Shown here: positions 49,814-59,029 of the stretch, one piece after another
Position numbering within the stretch: the first letter of the stretch is position 1
How the letters are laid out: each line of letters starts with the position of its first letter
Assembly (NCBI GenBank): GCA_963845185.1
Contig: CAWJRG010000010.1
Coordinates: 224,001 to 288,000 of the forward strand
Reading direction: 5' to 3'
Length of the DNA stretch: 64,000 nucleotides
Source of the DNA: an uncultured bacterium
Lineage (GTDB): Bacteria; Oederibacteriota; PGYV01; CAWJRG01
The notes under the pieces: model-generated
The model's database searches: none
What the model saw: the letters and a program-made list of their open reading frames with translations, nothing else
What the model was told of the DNA's origin: nothing
Program-made: the position numbers and the translations under genes

Positions 49814-49913
49814 ACGATAGCTTTTGTTTTGTCCAGCCGAAGGCGCCGGCAAAACATTACGCTATCTTGTACCCGCTCCAGTCCGAAGCCTACAGGCCGA
49901 GGACAAGCGGTGC
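49814..49913 (-). repeat. Double-hairpin leader element, copy F (upstream of the MEMO1 gene)
   Basis: GCACC-GCTT-GTCC..GGAC-TGGAGCGGGTAC, then GATAGC..GTTTTG..CAAAAC..GCTATC, then AAGGAG. Confidence 0.85.
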
Positions 49914-49947
49914 TACAATATCGTTTTGACTTTTTTTATCCTAAAGC

Positions 49948-49976
49948 ATTTTACTCAATTTTCCTACTTGTGTCAA
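49948..49976 (-). promoter_or_regulatory. Sigma-70 promoter
   Basis: TTGACA-N17-TAAAAT. Confidence 0.7.
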
Positions 49977-50030
49977 TCGGCTAGGCAGTTTCTAAAACTA
50001 CTTGTCCCAATATGTCTTTTCTAATTTAGA

Positions 50031-51953
50031 CTATTGATTAAAAAATTCTTTTACGTCATCAATATTGCGGGTAATATTTACTTCCGGCAAAGCTGCGATA
50101 AATTCCCTGCCATAAGATTTTGTCGTTATCCTTTTATCAAGAATCATCACAACCCCGGTATCTTCCTTTGACCTTATAAGCCTTCCAAATCCCTGTTTCA
50201 GCATAAAAATGGCTCTTGGAAGCGAATACTCCCGGAAAGCGTCGTCTCCCCTATCTTCGATATACCGGTGTATTGCCTTTTGCAAAGGGTGCTCGGGCAT
50301 CTCAAAAGGCAGGCGCGTAATAACCACACATTTCAAAATATTCCCGCTTATATCTATGCCCTGCCAGAATGTGTTTGTCGCGAACAGCACGGATCGCCTG
50401 TTTTTAAAATTCGCAATAAGCTCGTTCGGGTTCAGTTCTCCCTGCATCATAAATTCCCTGTCCCTGTTTTCCCTTTTCAGGGTTTTATAGGTTTTTTTCA
50501 TGAACTCGGTATTTGTGAAAAGTATTAACATGTTGCCTGATACCGTACCGATTATATCCGCCAGCTTATTTGCCAGGCTTTCCGAATAATTGCTGTCCTG
50601 CGGCGAGGCTATGTCGCTTTCAAGGTATAAAAGCGCCTGCTTTTTGTAATCAAACGGCGATTTCAGGAGCTTTGTCCGTGGGCCTGAAAACCCAAGCTGT
50701 TTTATTATATAATCAAAATCCTTTCCCGTCGAAAGCGTTGCCGAAGTAAAAATAGTGCTGTCGTAATTATCCAGCACCGTAGCAGCGAATATTTTATCAA
50801 TCCTGTAAGGAGTAATATAAAACACCGCGTTGTCTTTGCCCTCCATGGCGACCCAGTAAAAAAACTCCTCTTCATCGCGCTCTTGCCAGTGCTCCATGGT
50901 GCTTATGTATTCGTTGCACCTTGAAAGCAGGAACTCATAGTACTTTTTTAAATCCTCATTCCTTCCGGTTTCATACGCTATTGATTCAGCCAGCTCGAAC
51001 AGGGTGTCTTTAAGCCTGGTGTGGATGTCTATTTTATCCTTAAAAGGGAAATCAATAAGCACTGCTTCTTTTTCGTAAAGCCTTAATTCTGGGTTATTGT
51101 AAACAGCTTTGCTAAATTCCGTAAAATCCTTCCGCGCGGATATCAGGTGGCTGTGCAGGTTGCTGTATGTTTTTTTAGTGAGCCTGTCTTTTTGCCTTAA
51201 AAATTCCTCAAGCTCGGATATTAATTTCAAATATCCCTGCGTTGAAAAACGCCTGCTAAGCATGTCCCTGGCCACGTCTTCCACCCTGTGGCCCTCGTCA
51301 AAAAGCGCTATTGAGGAAGCCGGCAGGATCTTGTTGTCCACAGCCATGTCGCTGAAAAAAAGATGGTGATTTATGACTATAATATGCGCTTTTGTGAGTT
51401 TCCTTTTCATCTTGAAATAATAGCATTTAAAAAAATCCTCGCAACTTTCGTCCCTGCACAGTTCCGGCATCCTGTTTACTTCGCTCCATGCCTCGTCCGG
51501 TATATGAAACCTGCTGTTCCCGCGCAGTCCTGCCCCGTCCTTTAAAAACTCGAGCATTTCGTTGATTGAGTTTGTATTCATAAAAAGCGTGCCTTTATTT
51601 TTAAATTCAGCAGCCCTACGCATGCACATGTAATTTTCCGCGCCAAAAGCCACCTCGTACTTGAGCTCGGGGAATATTTTTTTAATGACAGGAAGGTCTT
51701 TTTTGTATATTTGCTGCTGCAGGGCCTTGGTATAGGTTGAAACAAAAACCTTTTTCTTGTTTGTTATTGCGTATTCCGCCAGCGGCATGAGATAGGCAAA
51801 AGTTTTCCCTATGCCCGTGCCTGCTTCTATTATAAGGTTGCCCTTGCCGTTATTTATTGTTTCTTTTATTATCTCGGCCATCATGACCTGCTGTAATCTT
51901 TCCTCGTAATTTTCTATGTGAAGGGGCAGCTCTTTTTCAAAATATTTCTTCAT
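50031..51953 (-). CDS. DinG/YoaA-family ATP-dependent DNA helicase
   Basis: EAGTGIGKT, Fe-S cysteines, DEGH, SATL, FWQGID, QGFGRLIR. Confidence 0.93.
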   Translation of the reverse strand: MKKYFEKELPLHIENYEERLQQVMMAEIIKETINNGKGNLIIEAGTGIGKTFAYLMPLAEYAITNKKKVFVSTYTKALQQQIYKKDLPVIKKIFPELKYEVAFGAENYMCMRRAAEFKNKGTLFMNTNSINEMLEFLKDGAGLRGNSRFHIPDEAWSEVNRMPELCRDESCEDFFKCYYFKMKRKLTKAHIIVINHHLFFSDMAVDNKILPASSIALFDEGHRVEDVARDMLSRRFSTQGYLKLISELEEFLRQKDRLTKKTYSNLHSHLISARKDFTEFSKAVYNNPELRLYEKEAVLIDFPFKDKIDIHTRLKDTLFELAESIAYETGRNEDLKKYYEFLLSRCNEYISTMEHWQERDEEEFFYWVAMEGKDNAVFYITPYRIDKIFAATVLDNYDSTIFTSATLSTGKDFDYIIKQLGFSGPRTKLLKSPFDYKKQALLYLESDIASPQDSNYSESLANKLADIIGTVSGNMLILFTNTEFMKKTYKTLKRENRDREFMMQGELNPNELIANFKNRRSVLFATNTFWQGIDISGNILKCVVITRLPFEMPEHPLQKAIHRYIEDRGDDAFREYSLPRAIFMLKQGFGRLIRSKEDTGVVMILDKRITTKSYGREFIAALPEVNITRNIDDVKEFFNQ

Positions 51954-52035
51954 TAAATACCTCTTATAGCTTGGCATATAGAAAGGCTTAATTCATCCCC
52001 CAACCGGATTTGGGTATTTCTTCCCGGATTAAATC

Positions 52036-52758
52036 CTACCAGTTCTTTTCGTTATTATTCTGTTTCGGCTGGTTAAGGTTTCCGTTCATTCTTCTTTCCA
52101 TGTACTGCATTATTTGCTCGGGGCTCATGTTGAATAAATCAGGCATGTCCTGGTTCATAGCTTTCTGCTGCTGCTGTTTTTGCTGGCTTAAATACCCCTT
52201 AACCTGTTTTTCCTGGTTTTTCATCGCGTTAAGCATAGCCTGAATCTCATCGTCTGACATGTTTGGCCTTGGTTTAGCCGCTTGCTGTTGTTGGCCTTGT
52301 TGGCCATTGCCTGCCTGCTGCTGTTGGCTCTGGCCGTTTTGCTTATTTTGTTGCGCCTGATTTTGCTGGCCCTTCTGCCCCCGGCTTTGCTGTCCCTGCC
52401 CCTGCTTGTTTTGCTGATTCTGGTTTTGATTATTTGGGGGGGTTTTCTGCTGTTCCTCAAGTTTTCTTTTTGTCACATCTATATTAAATTGCGTGTCCTC
52501 ATCATCTGGCTTTAATTTTAATGCATAATTATATGCTGCAAGCGCCTTATCATACTGCTCTGTCCTGAAAAAAGCGTTCCCCAGGTTATAAAATCCCTCA
52601 AACCTGTCCGGATTTTTATTTACAAAATCCGAATATTCCTTTAACGCATCCTGGTATTGGCCCTTTAAATATGATTCATTGCCATTTTTAAACTGGTTGT
52701 CTGCTTGCGCGATTATCGGAAGCAAAAACATACAGGTTAATATAAGCATCTTCTTCAT
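52036..52758 (-). CDS. BatC-like exported TPR protein with a Gln-rich linker
   Basis: YNLGNAFFR TPR, Q/N-rich segment, terminal EKNW. Confidence 0.8.
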   Translation of the reverse strand: MKKMLILTCMFLLPIIAQADNQFKNGNESYLKGQYQDALKEYSDFVNKNPDRFEGFYNLGNAFFRTEQYDKALAAYNYALKLKPDDEDTQFNIDVTKRKLEEQQKTPPNNQNQNQQNKQGQGQQSRGQKGQQNQAQQNKQNGQSQQQQAGNGQQGQQQQAAKPRPNMSDDEIQAMLNAMKNQEKQVKGYLSQQKQQQQKAMNQDMPDLFNMSPEQIMQYMERRMNGNLNQPKQNNNEKNW

Positions 52759-52875
52759 TTCAAAACCTCTTGATAAAATATTTGCTATATTGTATCAACA
52801 GTTTTTTATAAAATCAAGTATATCCCCGCCCATTTCCCGGGTCCCTAATCCCATTTCTCGGATCCCGTATTCAAA

Positions 52876-54018
52876 TCATTCCACTGTTTTTCTGAACTGT
52901 TTAATAGCTATTGAAAAAACTATTATTCCAAACGCGAACAATGCAAATGTCTGCGGCAGCAGTTCAATAAAAGTCATGTCCTTGAGAAAAATTCCCCTGA
53001 CTATTATCAGATAATACCTCATTGGTATGATGTAAGTAAGCAACTGTATCGCCTCAGGCATGTTCTTTATCGGGAATATGAACCCCGACAAAAGCATCTG
53101 CGGCAGCATGAAGAATATCGCCGACAGCATTGCCTGCTGCTGCGTAGTCAATATCGTCAATATCAGTATGCCTAACCCCAGGTTTGTAAGTATCACAAAA
53201 AACGAGAGCGCGAGCAGCAGCAAAAAACTTCCCTTAAAAGATATATGGAAAAGCAGCAGGCTTATTACCACTATAGTAATTATGTCCACAAAAGAGATAA
53301 AAATATATGGGATTATTTTTCCGGCTATTATCTGCCACGGTTTTATGGGGCTTACCAGCATCTGCTCTATGTTCCCTGACTCCTTTTCCCTGACAAGCGC
53401 GAGCGCAGTGATCACCATGGTGACCACTGCGAGTATCAGTGCCAATACTCCCGGGACCATGTCGTACGCACTCAGCAGCTCGGGGTTGTACCAGGCGCGC
53501 TCTTCCATGACCACGGACGGCAGCGCACCTACTATATTGTGCATTGCGGTTATTTTATCCGCGAAAATTTCGTTTGAAAACGCCATTATTATCTGTATTG
53601 CCCTTGTCATGCTTATCCCGCCGGAATTTGAGTCTGTGCCGTCCACTATTACCTGCACCGGCGACCTTTTGCCTTTTTTAATGTTCTCCTCGAAACGCTG
53701 CAATATCCTGATGCATATTTTCGCCTTGTTACCGCCTATGGCTCTTTGTATGTCTTCTGGCGTCCGCGTAAAACCCGTAACCCGAAAATATTCCGTATGC
53801 ATAAATTTGTCAGCTAGTTTCCTGCTAAGCGCTGTGTTGTCCTCGTCGCATATCAGCGTCCTGACATGCGTCACGTCCGTGGTGGCCACGTAACCGAAAA
53901 CAATTGTCATTATTATGGGGGCCACCAGCAGGAAAGCTATGAGCCTCGTCCTCCTGAGCTCAATGAATTCTTTTTCTATAATATGCCTAACCGGCCCCAT
54001 CATTAATTTAATGTCCAT
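52876..54018 (-). CDS. ABC-2 transporter permease (YbhR-like)
   Basis: VDGTDSN, WYNPEL, VREKESGNIEQ, LSGFIFPI. Confidence 0.92.
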   Translation of the reverse strand: MDIKLMMGPVRHIIEKEFIELRRTRLIAFLLVAPIIMTIVFGYVATTDVTHVRTLICDEDNTALSRKLADKFMHTEYFRVTGFTRTPEDIQRAIGGNKAKICIRILQRFEENIKKGKRSPVQVIVDGTDSNSGGISMTRAIQIIMAFSNEIFADKITAMHNIVGALPSVVMEERAWYNPELLSAYDMVPGVLALILAVVTMVITALALVREKESGNIEQMLVSPIKPWQIIAGKIIPYIFISFVDIITIVVISLLLFHISFKGSFLLLLALSFFVILTNLGLGILILTILTTQQQAMLSAIFFMLPQMLLSGFIFPIKNMPEAIQLLTYIIPMRYYLIIVRGIFLKDMTFIELLPQTFALFAFGIIVFSIAIKQFRKTVE

Positions 54019-54047
54019 AATTTTCCAATCTGTAATTTATATACATT

Positions 54048-55211
54048 CTATCCGAGGTCCTTCCTGAATCTTTTCGCAGCCACAAGCATGAAAAACATGC
54101 CGAAAATAAAGAGAAAAAACGCCTCATTCCACAATGTCAATATCCCCGTATCTGCTTTTAAAAATATTGTCCTCAGCGCCGTAATAAAATACCGCGCCGG
54201 CATGAAATATGTCACTGCCTGCAGTATCCATGGCATCGAGTCAATCGAAAAAACAAACCCTGAAAGCAAAAATGACGGCAGCACTGTCCCGAAAGCCGTA
54301 CCTACCACCGCTATCTGCTGATTTGGCGCCACGGCTGAGATGAAAAGACCCATGCCCAGCGCGCAAAAAAGGAAAAGCAGAGTGAACAATATAAGAGTCA
54401 GGACATTTCCGCGGAAAGGCACTTTAAAAAGGAATACCCCCACCAGCACTATAAGCGCGACGTCTATAAGGCATATGAGGATGTACGGCACCAGCTTGCC
54501 CGCCATAAGTTCTATAGACTTTATCGGCGTTGCTATCAGCTGCTCAAAAGTCCCGTTTTCTTTTTCCTTGACCACGGTCAGGGACGTGAGCATGGCCGCG
54601 ACAAGCATCATGATTATCGCCGAAAGCCCCGGCACTATGTAATCTGTGCTTACAAGGTCCGGATTGTACCAGACGCGCGGCACCGGCTCGACCATTGGTA
54701 TGACCCTGGGGTTGAACCCGCGCTTTTGCACCGCGTTAAGCATAATATTTTGCGAAAATGAAGCTATTATGACGTTGGCGTACCCTATTGCCACGTTTGT
54801 CGTGTTGGAGTCCGAACCGTCGCCTATTACCTGGAGCCTTACTGTCCGGTTTTTCTTTATGTCGGTTTGCAGGTCTTTCGGCAGTGTAAGAATCATTTTT
54901 ATCCTGTTAAGCTTCAGCGCTTCCACGCATTTTTTCATGTCATTTTCCGTGGGATTGTAAACATCGAAATACCCGCTTGCCGTAAACTTCTGGATTATTG
55001 TCCTGCTGAGTGATGACTGGTCATAGTCCACCACGCCAAGATCTATCTTTTTTATGTCAAAATTAACTGCGTAACTGAAAAGTGCAAGCATCGCTATCGG
55101 CGCTGCAATGACTATTCCAAGTGACCTCGCATCCCTGATTATATGCAGGAACTCTTTTTTCATGACAGGAATTATTCTCTTGGGGTCTATTCTTCCTTTT
55201 TCGTTTGCCAT
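54048..55211 (-). CDS. ABC-2 transporter permease (YbhS-like)
   Basis: KEFLHIIRD, DGSDSN, WYNPDL, EKENGTFEQL. Confidence 0.92.
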   Translation of the reverse strand: MANEKGRIDPKRIIPVMKKEFLHIIRDARSLGIVIAAPIAMLALFSYAVNFDIKKIDLGVVDYDQSSLSRTIIQKFTASGYFDVYNPTENDMKKCVEALKLNRIKMILTLPKDLQTDIKKNRTVRLQVIGDGSDSNTTNVAIGYANVIIASFSQNIMLNAVQKRGFNPRVIPMVEPVPRVWYNPDLVSTDYIVPGLSAIIMMLVAAMLTSLTVVKEKENGTFEQLIATPIKSIELMAGKLVPYILICLIDVALIVLVGVFLFKVPFRGNVLTLILFTLLFLFCALGMGLFISAVAPNQQIAVVGTAFGTVLPSFLLSGFVFSIDSMPWILQAVTYFMPARYFITALRTIFLKADTGILTLWNEAFFLFIFGMFFMLVAAKRFRKDLG

Positions 55212-55231
55212 AATTTCACTCCAAGCAACAG

Positions 55232-56176
55232 CTAAGTGCTGGCTTTCTCATATTGTTTTACCAGGTTCACGAACACGTCTTCCATTGTAGGGTCCACTTT
55301 TTCTGGTTCTGTGGCTTTGATGCCTGCCGGCTCAAGTATGGCTTTTATCGCCGCTGCTGTCTCCTCAACGCCGTCGGAAGGTATCACGTGGAGAAGCGCC
55401 CCATGTATGGACACTTCCCCGAGCTTTTCTTTGTTCAGTGAGAGCAGTTTGTGCGCCTCTACTGGGGTGTCGCTTTCTATCTCAAGTATAGGTTTGTTGA
55501 AAACCGCGGCTTTTATGTCGTGTATGGTGCCTTCCATTATTATTTTTCCCGAGTGCATCAGCGCTATGCGGTTGCAGTGTTCCACTTCGTCCATGTAATG
55601 CGTGGTCACAAATACCGTGGTGCCTGTAGATGACAGCTGGGCTATTATCTCCCAGAACCTGCGGCGCAGCATTGGGTCCACGCCTGCGGTCGGCTCGTCA
55701 AGAAATAGCACTTCTGGGTGATGCGCTATGGAGCAGGCAAGCGACACCCTCTGCTTCAGCCCACCCGGCAAATCTCCGACTATCCTGTCTTCATACCCCT
55801 CAAGCCCTACTCTTTTCGCAACTTCTACAGCCCTTTCCTTTATTAAAGCGTCGTCAAGCCCGTATATTCCACCGTAAAAAGCTATATTTTCCCTAACCGT
55901 CAGCACAGGGTAAAGAGAAAACTTCTGCGACATGTACCCGAGCCGTTTTTTGATTTCCTCGGGCTGCTCCTTTATGCTGAACCCGGCCACGACAGCGTCA
56001 CCTGACGTAGGCGCCAGCAGACCGCAAAGCATACGTATAGTTGTGGTTTTTCCCGCGCCGTTGGCGCCCAGGAACCCGTAAATTTCTCCTTTTTTAACTT
56101 CAAAAGAAATTGAGTCCACTGCTGTGAACTTGTCGAATCTCTTTGTCAGGTCTTTTGCGCTTACCGATATTTCCAT
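55232..56176 (-). CDS. ABC transporter ATP-binding protein
   Basis: GANGAGKTT, FLDEPTAGVDP. Confidence 0.95.
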   Translation of the reverse strand: MEISVSAKDLTKRFDKFTAVDSISFEVKKGEIYGFLGANGAGKTTTIRMLCGLLAPTSGDAVVAGFSIKEQPEEIKKRLGYMSQKFSLYPVLTVRENIAFYGGIYGLDDALIKERAVEVAKRVGLEGYEDRIVGDLPGGLKQRVSLACSIAHHPEVLFLDEPTAGVDPMLRRRFWEIIAQLSSTGTTVFVTTHYMDEVEHCNRIALMHSGKIIMEGTIHDIKAAVFNKPILEIESDTPVEAHKLLSLNKEKLGEVSIHGALLHVIPSDGVEETAAAIKAILEPAGIKATEPEKVDPTMEDVFVNLVKQYEKAST

Positions 56177-56252
56177 TTTTTCTCCAATTTGTTTTTTCTT
56201 TTCCTGTATTAATTTTTCAATCAAAAATCCAAAATATAAACTCTAAAATGCC

Positions 56253-57155
56253 TTACTTGATTTTATCCACAAACACATCTTCCACATTCGCTGCGATTCT
56301 CCGGACACGCGCCCCTCCGGATTTTTTATTCAGGTCTTCTGCTGCTGCCTCGTCCCTGACCACCACATGGAAACGCTCGCCGAGCTGCTGCCAGTCCTTT
56401 ACATAGTCCACGGAATTCAGCATGGCCTCTACCTCAGCACCTTTTCCTTCCGGGAATATTTCCAGCACCACCCCGTCCAGCGCTTTTTTCATGTTTTTTG
56501 GCGTGTCGCTGGAAATTATTTTCCCCTTAAACATCAGGCCAATACGCGAGCACTGCTCTGCCTCGTCCATGTACGGCGTACTTACCACTATGGTCACACC
56601 CTCGGAGTGTATCTGCTGCAGTATTTCCCAGAAATCCCTGCGCGACACAGGGTCTACGCCTGTGGTCGGCTCGTCAAGGAAAAGTATTTTCGGCCTGTGT
56701 ATGAGCGTGCATATTAGGGCGAGTTTCTGTTTCATGCCGCCTGACAGCTTACCTGCCTGCCTGTCCTTAAAAGGCTCCAGCCTTGTCATGTCAAGCAGCG
56801 GCCCTAGGCGCTTATCCAGTGTATCTTTTTCTATATTATATACATCAGCGAAAAACCTTATATTTTCCTCGACCGTCAGGTCTGTATAAAGGCTGAACTT
56901 CTGGCACATGTAACCTATGTGTTCCTTCAGCCCCTCTGCCCCCTGCGGCAGCTTGAACCCGAGCACCTCCACGCTCCCGGCACCCGGCAGCATAATGCCT
57001 GAGAGTATCCGCAATGTTGTTGTCTTCCCTGCGCCGTCGGGCCCTATGAGCCCGAATATTTCTCCTGCCATTACCTCAAAACTCAGCTTGTCCACTGCAA
57101 TTATGTCTTTAAACTTTTTAACAAGCTCTTTTACCTGAATAACTGTTTCAGCCAT
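56253..57155 (-). CDS. ABC transporter ATP-binding protein
   Basis: GPDGAGKTT, LSGGMKQ, LDEPTTGVDP. Confidence 0.95.
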   Translation of the reverse strand: MAETVIQVKELVKKFKDIIAVDKLSFEVMAGEIFGLIGPDGAGKTTTLRILSGIMLPGAGSVEVLGFKLPQGAEGLKEHIGYMCQKFSLYTDLTVEENIRFFADVYNIEKDTLDKRLGPLLDMTRLEPFKDRQAGKLSGGMKQKLALICTLIHRPKILFLDEPTTGVDPVSRRDFWEILQQIHSEGVTIVVSTPYMDEAEQCSRIGLMFKGKIISSDTPKNMKKALDGVVLEIFPEGKGAEVEAMLNSVDYVKDWQQLGERFHVVVRDEAAAEDLNKKSGGARVRRIAANVEDVFVDKIK

Positions 57156-57235
57156 AAAACCTCTTTATTAGTTTTTAATTCCGGGGTACAAACTTATAGC
57201 CTTTCAACTCGAAACTGGAAACCTGAAACTTTAAA

Positions 57236-58000
57236 CTATTTCGTTGCTATTTCCACATCCGCTGGTATTCCCGGCTTCAGTATATAATCCGGGTTCGGCA
57301 CCGTAACCTGTACTTCAAAAACTTCCTTTATTCTTTCGTCCTGTGTCTGCACATTTTTCGGCGTGAACTCGGCTTCGCTTGATATGAATGTAATCTTGCC
57401 TTCAAACCATTTCTTGGGATACGAGTCAATCTTTACCTTGGCGGCCTCTCCGTAAGTTATTTTTCCTATGTCAACAAGCGGCAAATAAATGGTCACTTTG
57501 GATAACGCGACATCGCCGAGCGTGAAAAGCGGGGTTCCTGAAGAAACAAGCTCTCCCTCTTCCACGTGCTTTTTCAGTATTACTCCGCTCCATGGAGCAA
57601 TGACTTTTGCCTCGTTAAGCATGACTTCCGCCTCTATTAGCTGGTTCTGCGCTGAAATGTAGTTTGTCCTGGCGTTGTCCAGCGACTGCTGCGAAGTGGA
57701 AGCCGTCTCAAAGAGGTTTTTTGTCCTGCTGTAATAGTCCTGCGCCTGCTTGTACATGCTTGCCGCGGCGTCTTTCTGCGCCACTACTATGGACGGGTCA
57801 AGCTCGGCAAGCACATCTCCCTTTTTCACCATTGAGCCCTCGTCAACGTAGAGCTTTGTGACTCGGCTCGATATGCGCGAAGCCAGGTCTGCTTCTGTGT
57901 CTTCCACTGTCCCGGACGCGGTTATCACGTTCGCTTTCCCGCACCCGCAAATAACCGCTGCTGCCGCTGCAAATATTATTGCAATTGCTGCCTTTTTCAT
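57236..58000 (-). CDS. HlyD-family periplasmic adaptor (YbhG-like)
   Basis: Lipoprotein-type signal; VDEGSMVKKGD; AEFTPKNVQT; LKPGIPA. Confidence 0.92.
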   Translation of the reverse strand: MKKAAIAIIFAAAAAVICGCGKANVITASGTVEDTEADLASRISSRVTKLYVDEGSMVKKGDVLAELDPSIVVAQKDAAASMYKQAQDYYSRTKNLFETASTSQQSLDNARTNYISAQNQLIEAEVMLNEAKVIAPWSGVILKKHVEEGELVSSGTPLFTLGDVALSKVTIYLPLVDIGKITYGEAAKVKIDSYPKKWFEGKITFISSEAEFTPKNVQTQDERIKEVFEVQVTVPNPDYILKPGIPADVEIATK

Positions 58001-58022
58001 GTCAACCTCCTGTAATATTTGT

Positions 58023-58658
58023 TTATTTAATTACTCCTTCTTTCATCACATCCAGCACAAATTTCTTCCTGTCCTTTACGAATTTATTAAGCGCCATGTC
58101 ACCAATGCCAAAAAGTTTTGCTTTGTCTCCTATAAACGATTTTGCAACATAAACCGGCGCTACCTGGGCTATTAAACTTATAAGCAGGTGAAAAACGTTT
58201 ATGTTTTTTATTTTTCCGGCTTTCATTTGGCTTTTAAAATATTTGTAAATCTTTCCGTTCACCGGATTCATGGGTACAATCATAAAATTTTCCTTTGCTA
58301 TTTTAGCCAGCTTATCTCCGCCTCTTATAATTTCATAAAGAAGCAGCTTTACATACAGGCTGTTATCCGTAAATATTTCAATAAAGGCGTCCAGTATCTG
58401 GCTCATCTTTTTTTCCGGATCCACAGGTTCGTCGCTGATGCTGTTTAGCCTCTGCATAAGCCTAAAAAACAGGGTTTTCAGTGTTTCCTCGTATATGTTT
58501 TCCTTGTTCCGGAAATAATAGTGAAGCATTGCCTTGTTGACCTTGGCGCGGTTGGCTATATTTTGTGTGCGCGCCCCGTAAAACCCGTACTCCACAAATT
58601 CCTCTATTGCAGCTTTTAGTATCCTGTCTTTTGTTTCAACTTCGTTCTTTTTTATCAT
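58023..58658 (-). CDS. TetR/AcrR-family transcriptional regulator
   Basis: RILKAAIEEF..GFYGART..IA..AKVNKAMLHYYFRNKE. Confidence 0.95.
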   Translation of the reverse strand: MIKKNEVETKDRILKAAIEEFVEYGFYGARTQNIANRAKVNKAMLHYYFRNKENIYEETLKTLFFRLMQRLNSISDEPVDPEKKMSQILDAFIEIFTDNSLYVKLLLYEIIRGGDKLAKIAKENFMIVPMNPVNGKIYKYFKSQMKAGKIKNINVFHLLISLIAQVAPVYVAKSFIGDKAKLFGIGDMALNKFVKDRKKFVLDVMKEGVIK

Positions 58659-58676
58659 ATTAGCCCTCCTGTTATT

Positions 58677-58805
58677 TCAGTTTATCCATCGGGCAAGAAT
58701 AAACGCAACGTAATTCATTATATTTTCCCTTTTACGGGTTAATCTTTTAATTCCGTACTGTTTTTTCTTATATATCTTTTTTGCTCTATTTTTTTGCTTT
58801 CCCAT
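58677..58805 (-). CDS. Putative 42-aa basic small protein
   Basis: MGKQKNRAKKIYKKKQYGIKRLTRKRENIMNYVAFILARWIN; purine-rich SD; fills the gap between the promoter and tetR. Confidence 0.4.
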   Translation of the reverse strand: MGKQKNRAKKIYKKKQYGIKRLTRKRENIMNYVAFILARWIN

Positions 58806-58850
58806 GAAATTTGTCCTTTTCCTCGTTTTTAGCATATCAACCATAAATAA

Positions 58851-58908
58851 TTAACCATTTGGTTTAACCATCTGGTTAAAAAATACAACATAAGAATGTT
58901 TTTGTCAA
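58851..58908 (-). promoter_or_regulatory. Promoter with tandem TetR-type operators
   Basis: TTGACA-N17-TATTTT followed by two adjacent AACCAnnTGGTT palindromes (58853-58877). Confidence 0.75.
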
Positions 58909-59029
58909 GTATTTTTTGTTTGATTTATTATATTTTACCGGAGGTTTAACTTAAAAATGAAAGTTGACTTATTGATTTATGTCGATTTAATAATATGGTA
59001 TTCTAACCCTAATAATAATTTTATATTGT

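Noticed and set aside
49008..49852. Long N-termini given for the ADH (from 49151) and MEMO1 (from 49852) ORFs
   Set aside because: They overlap the upstream gene or the leader element; family homology begins at 49007 and 49801.
23594..49913. Leader element as a known riboswitch, T-box or ribozyme
   Set aside because: I found no core motif of families I know, and the downstream genes share no pathway. It is left as unknown pending an Rfam search.
53060..53893. 277-aa plus-strand ORF
   Set aside because: Antisense to a well-supported ABC permease, with no recognisable motifs.
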